This document shows, piece after piece, positions 1 through 6,785 of a DNA stretch of 12,318 nucleotides. Position 1 is the stretch's first letter; each line of letters begins with the position of its first letter. The stretch is from Nanopusillaceae archaeon (lineage in GTDB: Archaea > Nanobdellota > Nanobdellia > Nanobdellales > Nanobdellaceae), in NCBI GenBank assembly GCA_049974095.1, contig JBMFJD010000015.1, positions 1 to 12,318 of the forward strand, given 5' to 3'. A program made the translations under genes and the position numbers. Below the pieces are notes generated by a model. It was not told where the DNA came from and made no database searches. It saw only the letters and a list, made by a program, of their open reading frames with translations.

Positions 1-2
1 CC

Positions 3-341
3 GACTCTATATTAAATCAAACTTCTTTTTCTGATTCTGGAGGAACAGTATATTCTTATTTAGTTGTTACTAATAATTATGCACAAACAGGTTGGTATAA
101 TGTGAGTGCTAATCAGGCTTGGGCACCTTTAACATTATTAGATACTTATACAATAAATTATAATGCATATACGTATGCAAATCTAAATTATAATCCATTC
201 CAATATCCTACATTAGAAATTGGTGCAGGACAAAATGCCCCTAGCTATCAATATATAGAATGGGTTGTTGCTAGAGCATATCCGCCAAATGGAGTTATGC
301 CTTCAATTTATATAGAAAATATTAATAATTGGCCACCTTAA
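3..341 (+). CDS. 3' part of a secreted/surface protein gene with a ConA-like (LamG/DUF2341-like) C-terminal strand motif; the 5' end lies outside the window
   Basis: The frame is open from base 3 (DSILNQTSFSDSGGTVYSYLVVTNNYAQTGWYN-V/M-SANQ...), so the GTG at 102 in the ORF track is not a credible start. Composition is N/Y/T/S/A/G/P-rich with almost no K/E, unlike every neighbouring protein. It ends ...YIEWVVARAYPPNGVMPSIYIENINNWPP, the same terminal motif as the gene at 11518..12318(-). Confidence 0.6.
   Translation, partial: DSILNQTSFSDSGGTVYSYLVVTNNYAQTGWYNVSANQAWAPLTLLDTYTINYNAYTYANLNYNPFQYPTLEIGAGQNAPSYQYIEWVVARAYPPNGVMPSIYIENINNWPP
268..315 (+). repeat. Left arm of a 48-nt inverted repeat (46/48 identical to the reverse complement of 11523..11570)
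   Basis: TTGCTAGAGCATATCC[G/A]CCAAATGGAGTTATGCCTTCAATTTA[T/C]ATAG. It encodes LARAYPPNGVMPSIYI in both genes, and both differences are synonymous third positions. Confidence 0.9.
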
Positions 342-1060
342 AATTCTCTACAATCCTGATATGGGTAAGAAATAATATAAAAACCTTTTGCGAAATAATC
401 TCTTCTTTTTGTCAATCTTGTCCTAATTATTTGTTTTTTAAATATTTTATTCAAATAATTTAAACTATAATGAATCCCTAGAACTTTATAGAAAGAATAT
501 AAATGATATTTATTTGGCACTTCATCTTCTTTTTCTGCAAAGGATCCAACTAAAATATTTAAATATTTCTTTTGTGCAAATTTGATAAACTTTTTGACAG
601 AATAAAATTTTTCAAGATTCTCAATTAGATTTTTCATAGAAAATAAAACAGATAAATTATTTTCCTTAATTCTTTTTATGCTTGTATAATTTAATCCGTT
701 GAAATAAAACTTTTTATCATAATTTATTGGATCAAACATTCCATTAAAGAAATATTTCTCTAATATTTTTTCATTATAGTCCATATTCTTTCCTACAATA
801 AAAATTAAATCATTATAATATTTATCAGAATAAAATAATTCATTTGCAATTTCTAAAGATTTCTTAAAATCATCATTATTTATTAATGCACAATAAAATA
901 TATTTATTTTTTTATAACTTAAAATATTTTTCAATTCAAAATATTTTAAATCATTCCTATCAAATATTTCATAGCAAAAAACTATATTTTTTATTTTATT
1001 TTTATAATATTCTCTAATTAAATTTTCTTCATTATCATTTGGTATGCAAAAATCATACAT
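338..1060 (-). CDS. Hypothetical protein, possibly RNase P protein component 3 (Rpp30-like TIM-barrel)
   Basis: 240 aa, within the usual size range of archaeal Rpp30. By eye the layout resembles the Rpp30 family: N-terminal MYDFCIP (compare the YDLxV start), mid-region DLIFIVGKN...FDPIN, then ENNLSVLFSMKNLI...KKYLNILVGSFAEKEDEV..YHLYSFYKVLGI (compare the ...iisSgA....R.p.d...l...lG block). No search was run. Its stop codon overlaps the stop of the convergent gene (TTAA at 338-341). Confidence 0.35.
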   Translation of the reverse strand: MYDFCIPNDNEENLIREYYKNKIKNIVFCYEIFDRNDLKYFELKNILSYKKINIFYCALINNDDFKKSLEIANELFYSDKYYNDLIFIVGKNMDYNEKILEKYFFNGMFDPINYDKKFYFNGLNYTSIKRIKENNLSVLFSMKNLIENLEKFYSVKKFIKFAQKKYLNILVGSFAEKEDEVPNKYHLYSFYKVLGIHYSLNYLNKIFKKQIIRTRLTKRRDYFAKGFYIISYPYQDCREF

Positions 1061-1071
1061 AAAAAATATTT

Positions 1072-1254
1072 TTATTTACTCCTTTTATATTTATTCTCAA
1101 TTTTATTATATTCGTTCCAAAAATATTCTAAATCATTAGAAATTAATTGGGGTACTCCTTCATAGCCGCAATCTAAACATACCCATCTATTATCCTTTGC
1201 AAATAAAGGCACTATATTTTCAGAATGACATATAGGACAAATGTATTTTGCCAT
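1072..1254 (-). CDS. Small zinc-ribbon protein (CxxC-x16-CxxC), with a TFB/TFIIB-N-terminal-ribbon-like pattern
   Basis: 60 aa. CPICHSENIVPLFAKDNRWVCLDCG resembles the CPxCGS...D...GExVCxxCG ribbon of TFB, followed by a basic helical tail. It ends 11 nt upstream of the start of the Rpp30-like ORF on the same strand. A TATA-like TTTAAATATT lies about 20-30 nt upstream of the ATG. Confidence 0.5.
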   Translation of the reverse strand: MAKYICPICHSENIVPLFAKDNRWVCLDCGYEGVPQLISNDLEYFWNEYNKIENKYKRSK

Positions 1255-1315
1255 AAATTATATATCAATATCCTAATATTTAAACTATTATTAATTAGTA
1301 TTGTTTATCAATAAT

Positions 1316-2029
1316 TTAAAATAATATTGATTTATATCTTCCCCTTGATTCTACGACTTTTAATCTTTTAAATACATCATTATACTTTTCTTTAAATCCT
1401 TCTTTATATCCTTCAAGAACTAAATCAAATTTGTCTGATATTTTCCAATGATTTGATTCGAATGTTTCTTTAAATAAATGTAAATCTACAGCAAAATCTT
1501 CAATTTTTGTTGAGAAAAAACTTAATCCAAAATCTATAAAATATATTTTACCATTATATATTATGTTTCCTGTTGTTAAATCTCCATGAACTATTTTATT
1601 TTTATGCATTGTTCCAATATATTTCCCAATTTCATACAATATGTTTTCATAATCTATTTTTTCTAAATATTCAGATAATTTATATCCTTCAATATATTCC
1701 ATTATTATTATTCCATTATCTTCATCAGAATATATTAATTTTGGTATATTTATTAAGCTTTCTAATTTTTTTAATATTTTGCTTTCAATTCTAGTTCTAT
1801 ATTTTCTAAATTCTTTATCTATTATTTCATTTCTATATTTTTTATTATATCTATATTTTAATACAATTTTATTTTTTTCATATTCTATTTTAAATTCATT
1901 AGAACTAATTTCTAAATTATTTAAAAATTCTTTATCAAAATTAAATATAAACTTGTTATTTTCTTTATTATCTGTTTCAATTAGATATATCTTTGCTTCT
2001 GCTCCATGTCCTATTAAACTATATTTCAT
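1316..2029 (-). CDS. bud32: Bud32/PRPK-type atypical kinase, KEOPS complex subunit (stand-alone, not fused to Kae1)
   Basis: Glycine-loop region LIGHGAEAKIYL, beta3 lysine region IVLKYRYNKKYR, E-rich helix RTRIESKIL, catalytic HGDLTTGNII, and IDFGLS followed by EDFAVDLHLF. These are all classic Bud32 signatures. There is an extra ~35-aa N/K/E-rich insert between the G-loop strand and the beta3 lysine. Confidence 0.85.
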   Translation of the reverse strand: MKYSLIGHGAEAKIYLIETDNKENNKFIFNFDKEFLNNLEISSNEFKIEYEKNKIVLKYRYNKKYRNEIIDKEFRKYRTRIESKILKKLESLINIPKLIYSDEDNGIIIMEYIEGYKLSEYLEKIDYENILYEIGKYIGTMHKNKIVHGDLTTGNIIYNGKIYFIDFGLSFFSTKIEDFAVDLHLFKETFESNHWKISDKFDLVLEGYKEGFKEKYNDVFKRLKVVESRGRYKSILF

Positions 2030-2061
2030 AATTTATATTTTTCAGAATATCTTTAATAATT
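2030..2061. promoter_or_regulatory. 32-bp divergent spacer with two interdigitated TATA-like boxes (Bud32 / ORF169)
   Basis: AATTTATATTT (2030-2040) lies about -32..-22 from the ATG at 2062. The reverse complement of 2051-2061, AATTATTAAAG, lies about -32..-22 from the Bud32 ATG at 2029. This implies leaderless mRNAs. Confidence 0.35.
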
Positions 2062-2571
2062 ATGAATATTTTAAGGATTATTCCTTCAGAAAAAATGTAT
2101 AATATAAAATTAGGTAAAAATGGGCCTATAGTTGATAAAAGTACTATAGATATAATTAGAAAAAATAGATTTATTGTAGAAAAAATATTAAAAACAATAA
2201 TAGAAAATTCTAACAGAATAAATAAAAAGGAAGATATTGAAAATATTATAAAATCTATCATCTTTAGAGATAGATATGTTGATTTGATAAATAATAAAAA
2301 ATTCATTGAAGAATTTTCGATGTTGATATATTTTTCTTTAGAAATAATAAAGAAATATTTAAAAGATATTAGATTGCTAAATGTTTTAGTTGAGAGAATG
2401 ATTGATATAGCAGAAGGAACTCCTCCTAGAGAGAAAATTGGAAATATTTTTACTATAGAAATTATAGAAGATCCCAGATTAATTTATTATATTAATAATA
2501 GAACTGCTGTAATATTTGCAATAGGGAAACATAATAGAAATGGAAAAGTAGAAATAATTAGACAATTATAA
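2062..2571 (+). CDS. Hypothetical protein; the C-terminal ~80 aa resemble a RelE/ParE-fold toxin domain, and the N-terminal ~86 aa are unknown (candidate fused antitoxin)
   Basis: The C-terminus PRLIYYINNRTAVIFAIGKHNRNGKVE aligns by eye with E. coli RelE YRLVYQVIDEKVVVFVISVGKRERSEVY. Upstream, MLIYFSLEIIKKYLKDI...IAEGTPPREKIG resembles the RelE N-terminal helix region (..LESPRIE..). An internal Met at 2320 would start a stand-alone ~83-aa RelE-like protein. Composition is typical of the real genes here, whereas the antisense ORF 2019..2306 is low-complexity. Confidence 0.45.
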   Translation: MNILRIIPSEKMYNIKLGKNGPIVDKSTIDIIRKNRFIVEKILKTIIENSNRINKKEDIENIIKSIIFRDRYVDLINNKKFIEEFSMLIYFSLEIIKKYLKDIRLLNVLVERMIDIAEGTPPREKIGNIFTIEIIEDPRLIYYINNRTAVIFAIGKHNRNGKVEIIRQL

Positions 2572-3330
2572 TTATTTAGAAAATTTTTTATTTAAATTTT
2601 CTACATAAGAACTATATTTATTAATAAATTCCTTAAGTATATCAAGATCAATTTTATCAATTTCTTTATGTTCTATTTTTTTCATATAATTATATACATC
2701 TCTAAAGTATTCAATTGTTTCCTTATTTAATTTATACTTATTTTTTATTTCTTCTAATTTTTCTATTATTTCTTCAGGTCCATATACATTGTATTCTTTC
2801 TTTATTAAATAGTATTGAGTAATTAATATTATCGAATTATATAAACTCTCAAATGCTTTAATAACTAAAAAATTTGAATAATTTATTAATTCTTCGGATC
2901 TTTTCTTTAGATTTTCCAAATATTCTGGAGAAGTCTTAATTAATCCAGATTCTAGCATTCTTTTTAATGATCCAAATATTTCTGATGGGTCTACTATTGG
3001 GTATCCTTTTCTAATAATATCTAAAATTAAAGGATCACCATTTATTATCATTTCCCAAAATTTTGTTAATGTTAATGTTGTTGGATGGATTCTTTTATAT
3101 TTTTCGTTTGATAATATCTTATTTAAATTATCAAAATAGAAAGGAACTGTTATATTTAAATCTTTTGCATAAATATCATCTACTAATATCATAATATCGA
3201 TATCTGATTTTTCATTTTGTTTATTTTCAACATAAGATCCAAATAATATGATTGCTTTTACTAATCCATCAACTTTTTCAATTAGTTCTTTTGAAAAATC
3301 TATTAGAATATTAAATATATCATCAGTCAT
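2572..3330 (-). CDS. Pol-beta-superfamily (MNT-type) nucleotidyltransferase fused to a C-terminal helical HEPN-like domain (kanamycin-nucleotidyltransferase-like architecture)
   Basis: The NTase signature AIILFGSYVENKQNEKSDIDIMILVDD (G-S ... DxD) is near the N-terminus. About 130 aa of helical K/E/L/Y-rich sequence follow. At 252 aa, size and layout match the KNTase-type two-domain arrangement. It starts 10 nt downstream of the pheS stop on the same strand. Confidence 0.7.
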   Translation of the reverse strand: MTDDIFNILIDFSKELIEKVDGLVKAIILFGSYVENKQNEKSDIDIMILVDDIYAKDLNITVPFYFDNLNKILSNEKYKRIHPTTLTLTKFWEMIINGDPLILDIIRKGYPIVDPSEIFGSLKRMLESGLIKTSPEYLENLKKRSEELINYSNFLVIKAFESLYNSIILITQYYLIKKEYNVYGPEEIIEKLEEIKNKYKLNKETIEYFRDVYNYMKKIEHKEIDKIDLDILKEFINKYSSYVENLNKKFSK

Positions 3331-3340
3331 AAAAAATAAT

Positions 3341-4756
3341 TTATTCTTGTAATTTTTTAATATTTCTAGTATGTAATTCCCTTATATCGTTTATATTTAA
3401 ATAAATTGTTGCAAGCCTGTCAACACCAAGACCCCATGCTAATACAGGATAATTTATATTGAATTGTTTTAATAATTCTTCTCTAAATACTCCTGCACCA
3501 CCAACTTCTATCCAACCTAATTTAGGATGCTCTGCGTATACTTCTACAGATGGTTCTGTAAATGGGAAATATGCAGGATAGAATTTAACATTTTTTGCTT
3601 TTGCAACATTAACTACTAAATCTTCTAATATTCCCAATAATTCTAAAAATGTTAAATTATCATCTAATATAATTCCTTCTAATTGATTGAATTCAATAAA
3701 GTGTTTTGCATCGATTGTATCATATCTAAATACTTTTTCAATTAGGAAATATTTTCTAGGTTTTTCAGGATTTAATAATGTTTTTGCAGATATTGCAGTA
3801 TTATGAGAAATTAACATTGCTCTCTTTGAAATATTTTCATTAAATATATTAAAATATTTTAATTGGGTATTTTTGACATTTTCAAATAATTCTTTTGGAA
3901 AATCCTCAATATATTCTGGATTTTTAATATAAAATGCATCCATTATTGATATATCCCCAGCAGGATGATCTTGTGGAACAAATAATATATCTAAATCCCA
4001 GAAATGTGATATAATTAAATTATATTTATCCATTTCTTTAAATCCCATAGATATTAATTCCTCTCTTATTTTATCTAAAAATTCCAAATATGGATTATAT
4101 CTTCCAATTTTTTCTTCCTCAATATTTATTCTTATTTCATATGGTCTAAATTTTTTATTTTTATATATTTTTTTATCAATAACTTCTTTTGTATATTTTT
4201 CAATATATTCTTCAGGTTTATATTCTTTTAATATTTTCTTTCCATTTTCATTTATCTTTACATAATAAAATACTTCTTCTTTTTCTTCAATAATATTTTT
4301 TCTTCCTTTAAATAAATTTATTATATTTTCATCATAATTACCTTCTTTTATTTTTTCTAAATATTCCTCATATGTTTCAATATCTTTTAAAAATATTATT
4401 TTTCCATTTTCAATTTTTATTGCACCATTTTTTCTCAAAAATCCTAATGAATATGATAATTCATCCTGATTTAATATTTTTTTAGCTTCTTCTAAATTTA
4501 TTTCTTTCTTTTCTTTTAATATATTCAATAATTTTCTTTCAGGTAATCCTTCTTTTAAATATTTTTCTCCTAATTCTGTTAGTATATATCTTTTCTTTCT
4601 TTCTTCTTTTATTTCAACAAGATTTTTTTCTTTTAAGAAACCAATAGTTCTTAATACTTTATAATAATCTAAATCTAATTCTTTTGCTATTTCATTTATT
4701 TCTTTCCAATTATCATTTAATACTGATAATATTTTATATTCTATTTCAGATATCAT
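3341..4756 (-). CDS. pheS: Phenylalanine--tRNA ligase alpha subunit (archaeal/eukaryal type)
   Basis: N-terminal winged-helix-like repeats are present. Class II motif 2 is FRYDTIDAKHFIEFNQLEG. Also present are FPFTEPSVEV and motif 3 GGAGVFREE...AWGLGVDRLA. The start overlaps the pheT stop by 11 nt (ATGATATCTGA). Confidence 0.95.
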   Translation of the reverse strand: MISEIEYKILSVLNDNWKEINEIAKELDLDYYKVLRTIGFLKEKNLVEIKEERKKRYILTELGEKYLKEGLPERKLLNILKEKKEINLEEAKKILNQDELSYSLGFLRKNGAIKIENGKIIFLKDIETYEEYLEKIKEGNYDENIINLFKGRKNIIEEKEEVFYYVKINENGKKILKEYKPEEYIEKYTKEVIDKKIYKNKKFRPYEIRINIEEEKIGRYNPYLEFLDKIREELISMGFKEMDKYNLIISHFWDLDILFVPQDHPAGDISIMDAFYIKNPEYIEDFPKELFENVKNTQLKYFNIFNENISKRAMLISHNTAISAKTLLNPEKPRKYFLIEKVFRYDTIDAKHFIEFNQLEGIILDDNLTFLELLGILEDLVVNVAKAKNVKFYPAYFPFTEPSVEVYAEHPKLGWIEVGGAGVFREELLKQFNINYPVLAWGLGVDRLATIYLNINDIRELHTRNIKKLQE

Positions 4757-6404
4757 ATTTTATATATTTCATTATTTCTTTTATACTTATCTCAAACACT
4801 GTTAATGGGTAATTTATATTTAATTTTTCTAATATTTCTGGATTTATTTCTCCAATCCATCCAATTTTTTCATTATTTATATAGATATCTCCCTGTCTTC
4901 CTTCAATTAAAAATTTATGATCTGAATTCTTTATTTCGTAATCTATATTTAATTCTTTAAATGATCTCTTCAATACTTTCAAGGAATCATTTACAGATAC
5001 TTCATAATTTGAATAAATAAATAACAAATTTATATCCTCATTTATTTTATTATTTTTCAAATATGCAACTCTATTTAATTCAAATATTTTTGAAGGAAAA
5101 GAAATCTCTGTTTTTTCATTTAATAATTGTAAAAATGATGTTAATAATGATAATCTGATTGAATTATAATTATTTGATGCAGGATTTATTATTTCAATTA
5201 TTTCTTTATCTTCTTTTAATATTTCATTTATATCTTTTCTTGATAAAACTGGAGTATATATTTCAACACATCCCATATTTACCATTATTTTTCTAACTAA
5301 ATTCATTATTTTTCTTTCCTTACTCAATTCTCCCTTTGTATATATTTTTAATTTTCTTGGTTTTAATCTATTATATCCATAAGAAATTAATATTTCTTCA
5401 ATAACATCATATCCAGATATTATATCATCTCTATAATTTAAATATTCCAATATTAATTTATTATTTTCTATTTTTGCATTCATTCTTTTTTTCTTTAAAT
5501 ATTCTATTATTTCTTCATCATTTAATTCTAATCCTAAGTATTTTTTTATTTTATTTAAATCAAATTCTTTTCTAATTATATTTAATTGTGGTGTAATAAT
5601 TTTTTTATCTGGATAAACAATTTCCACAGAATATACTTCTCCACCCCAATCCTTTAATGTTAAAACTAAAATATTCAATGTAATAATTAATTTATTTAAA
5701 TCTGTTCCAGATACATCAATAAATATATTTTTAGTATTTACATCTAATTTTCCAATTATATTTGAATTAATTATTGGAGGAAATGATATTATTTCATTTT
5801 TTGAGTCAATTAATACAGGATATTTATCATATTTATTTACTAAATATCCATATTTTTTTCCAGCTTCTGTTTTCTCCAATATTTCTTTTAAACTCATTTC
5901 TTTTTCATCTCCTAAAGGTATAAATTTCTTATTAAGATCTTCTAGTTTATAATATATGGGAAATTCTATTAAATCAAAATTATGTGTTCCTATTGCAATT
6001 TTTTGTCTATTTCTTCCATATGATTGAGATATTTTTTCCTGTAATTGTATTAGATCTTTTAATCTATCTTCATTTAATTTTATATTTTTTATAATTGCTC
6101 CAACAATATATGGTCTAACATTTGTTATATTTTTATCAACAATTATTTTATAATCAGAATCTTTTATTTCTATTTTTGGTATCCCAGTTTCAATATTTAA
6201 TATTCCTTTTAATTCCCTTGAAATTCCATTTATACAATATAGATCTGGTCTATTAAAATCCTTTACTTCAATTTTTGCGTAATTCCCTTCTATTTCATCT
6301 AATTCGCATTTTATATTTAATAAATATTCTTCCAATTCTTCTTTAGATAGAATTTTTCCTATAGATTTATATAATTCATTTAAAGAAACATTTAAAACAA
6401 CCAT
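4746..6404 (-). CDS. pheT: Phenylalanine--tRNA ligase beta subunit (archaeal type)
   Basis: At 552 aa it has typical archaeal PheT length. The N-terminal B1-like region includes ...KIEVKDFNRPDLYCINGISRELKG, followed by B3/4- and B5-like regions. It is immediately upstream of and overlapping pheS. Its ATG shares one base with the eS26 stop (TAATG). Confidence 0.9.
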   Translation of the reverse strand: MVVLNVSLNELYKSIGKILSKEELEEYLLNIKCELDEIEGNYAKIEVKDFNRPDLYCINGISRELKGILNIETGIPKIEIKDSDYKIIVDKNITNVRPYIVGAIIKNIKLNEDRLKDLIQLQEKISQSYGRNRQKIAIGTHNFDLIEFPIYYKLEDLNKKFIPLGDEKEMSLKEILEKTEAGKKYGYLVNKYDKYPVLIDSKNEIISFPPIINSNIIGKLDVNTKNIFIDVSGTDLNKLIITLNILVLTLKDWGGEVYSVEIVYPDKKIITPQLNIIRKEFDLNKIKKYLGLELNDEEIIEYLKKKRMNAKIENNKLILEYLNYRDDIISGYDVIEEILISYGYNRLKPRKLKIYTKGELSKERKIMNLVRKIMVNMGCVEIYTPVLSRKDINEILKEDKEIIEIINPASNNYNSIRLSLLTSFLQLLNEKTEISFPSKIFELNRVAYLKNNKINEDINLLFIYSNYEVSVNDSLKVLKRSFKELNIDYEIKNSDHKFLIEGRQGDIYINNEKIGWIGEINPEILEKLNINYPLTVFEISIKEIMKYIKYDI

Positions 6405-6664
6405 TAAACTTCAATTCCCAATTTTTTTAGGATTTCTTGTTCTTTGTTTTTATTCTTTATATCTTTCCTTGAAATTCCCCTATATCTGGCACATGCAGGA
6501 CAAATATATATTTTCATAGGGCTAGAAATAATTAAGGTAGGATTTTGTCCTTCAGCTACATCAGGTTTTAATTTAGGGGAGATAACAAGTTTAATTGCCT
6601 TATCCAATCTTACCATTCTTCCACAATAATAGCATGGTACATATTGGAATTTCTTATCCTTCAT
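6404..6664 (-). CDS. rps26e: 30S ribosomal protein eS26 (S26e)
   Basis: VPCYYCGRMVRLDKAIK matches the eS26 C-x2-C...P-x-DKAIK core. A second CxxC lies in KIYICPACARYRGI (compare YCVSCAIH). At 86 aa it is short, and it lacks the usual basic N-terminal tail. Confidence 0.7.
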   Translation of the reverse strand: MKDKKFQYVPCYYCGRMVRLDKAIKLVISPKLKPDVAEGQNPTLIISSPMKIYICPACARYRGISRKDIKNKNKEQEILKKLGIEV

Positions 6665-6785
6665 TGTCCTATATTATTTGATTTTATTACTTTAGCCATA
6701 AGATGTATATTATAAAGGTAAATTTTTTAATTTTGTTAATTTTTAAAACAATAGATTTATTAATATATAATGGCATATCGGTCAA
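6665..6785. promoter_or_regulatory. Divergent promoter region between the eS26-pheT-pheS operon and serS
   Basis: This is the largest spacer in the window. TTATTAATATATAA (about 6757-6770) sits 16-29 nt upstream of the serS ATG. A/T-rich TATA-like runs on the other strand (for example the reverse complement of 6681-6697 and 6704-6718) lie upstream of eS26. Confidence 0.35.

Noticed and set aside
268-315. The 48-nt repeat pair could be a DGR template/variable repeat
   Set aside because: Both copies are coding. The two differences are G/A and T/C synonymous changes rather than adenine-specific mutagenesis. No reverse transcriptase is present in the window.
102-341. The ORF track lists this as a 79-aa protein starting at 102
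   Set aside because: Codon 102-104 is GTG, and the frame is open all the way back to base 3. This is the 3' part of a longer gene truncated by the window edge.
1573-1794. 73-aa plus-strand ORF antisense to Bud32
   Set aside because: It is a low-complexity F/L/I/Y-rich shadow of K/E/N-rich codons and lies entirely inside a well-supported gene.
1779-2102. 107-aa plus-strand ORF spanning the Bud32 5' region
   Set aside because: It has the same antisense-shadow composition and overlaps Bud32 and the divergent spacer.
2019-2306. 95-aa minus-strand ORF antisense to ORF169
   Set aside because: It is hydrophobic, low-complexity I/F/L sequence typical of a reverse-strand artefact in AT-rich DNA. 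The plus-strand ORF has genome-typical composition and a recognisable C-terminal domain.
6444-6629. 61-aa plus-strand ORF antisense to eS26
   Set aside because: It is a shadow ORF inside a gene with clear eS26 motifs.
6665-6785. Possible small RNA (C/D-box sRNA or split-tRNA half) in the largest spacers (also 1255-1315 and 10914-11009)
   Set aside because: I saw no RUGAUGA/CUGA box pairs on either strand. There are no GC-rich stems apart from tRNA-Cys itself. The spacers are explained by divergent promoters.
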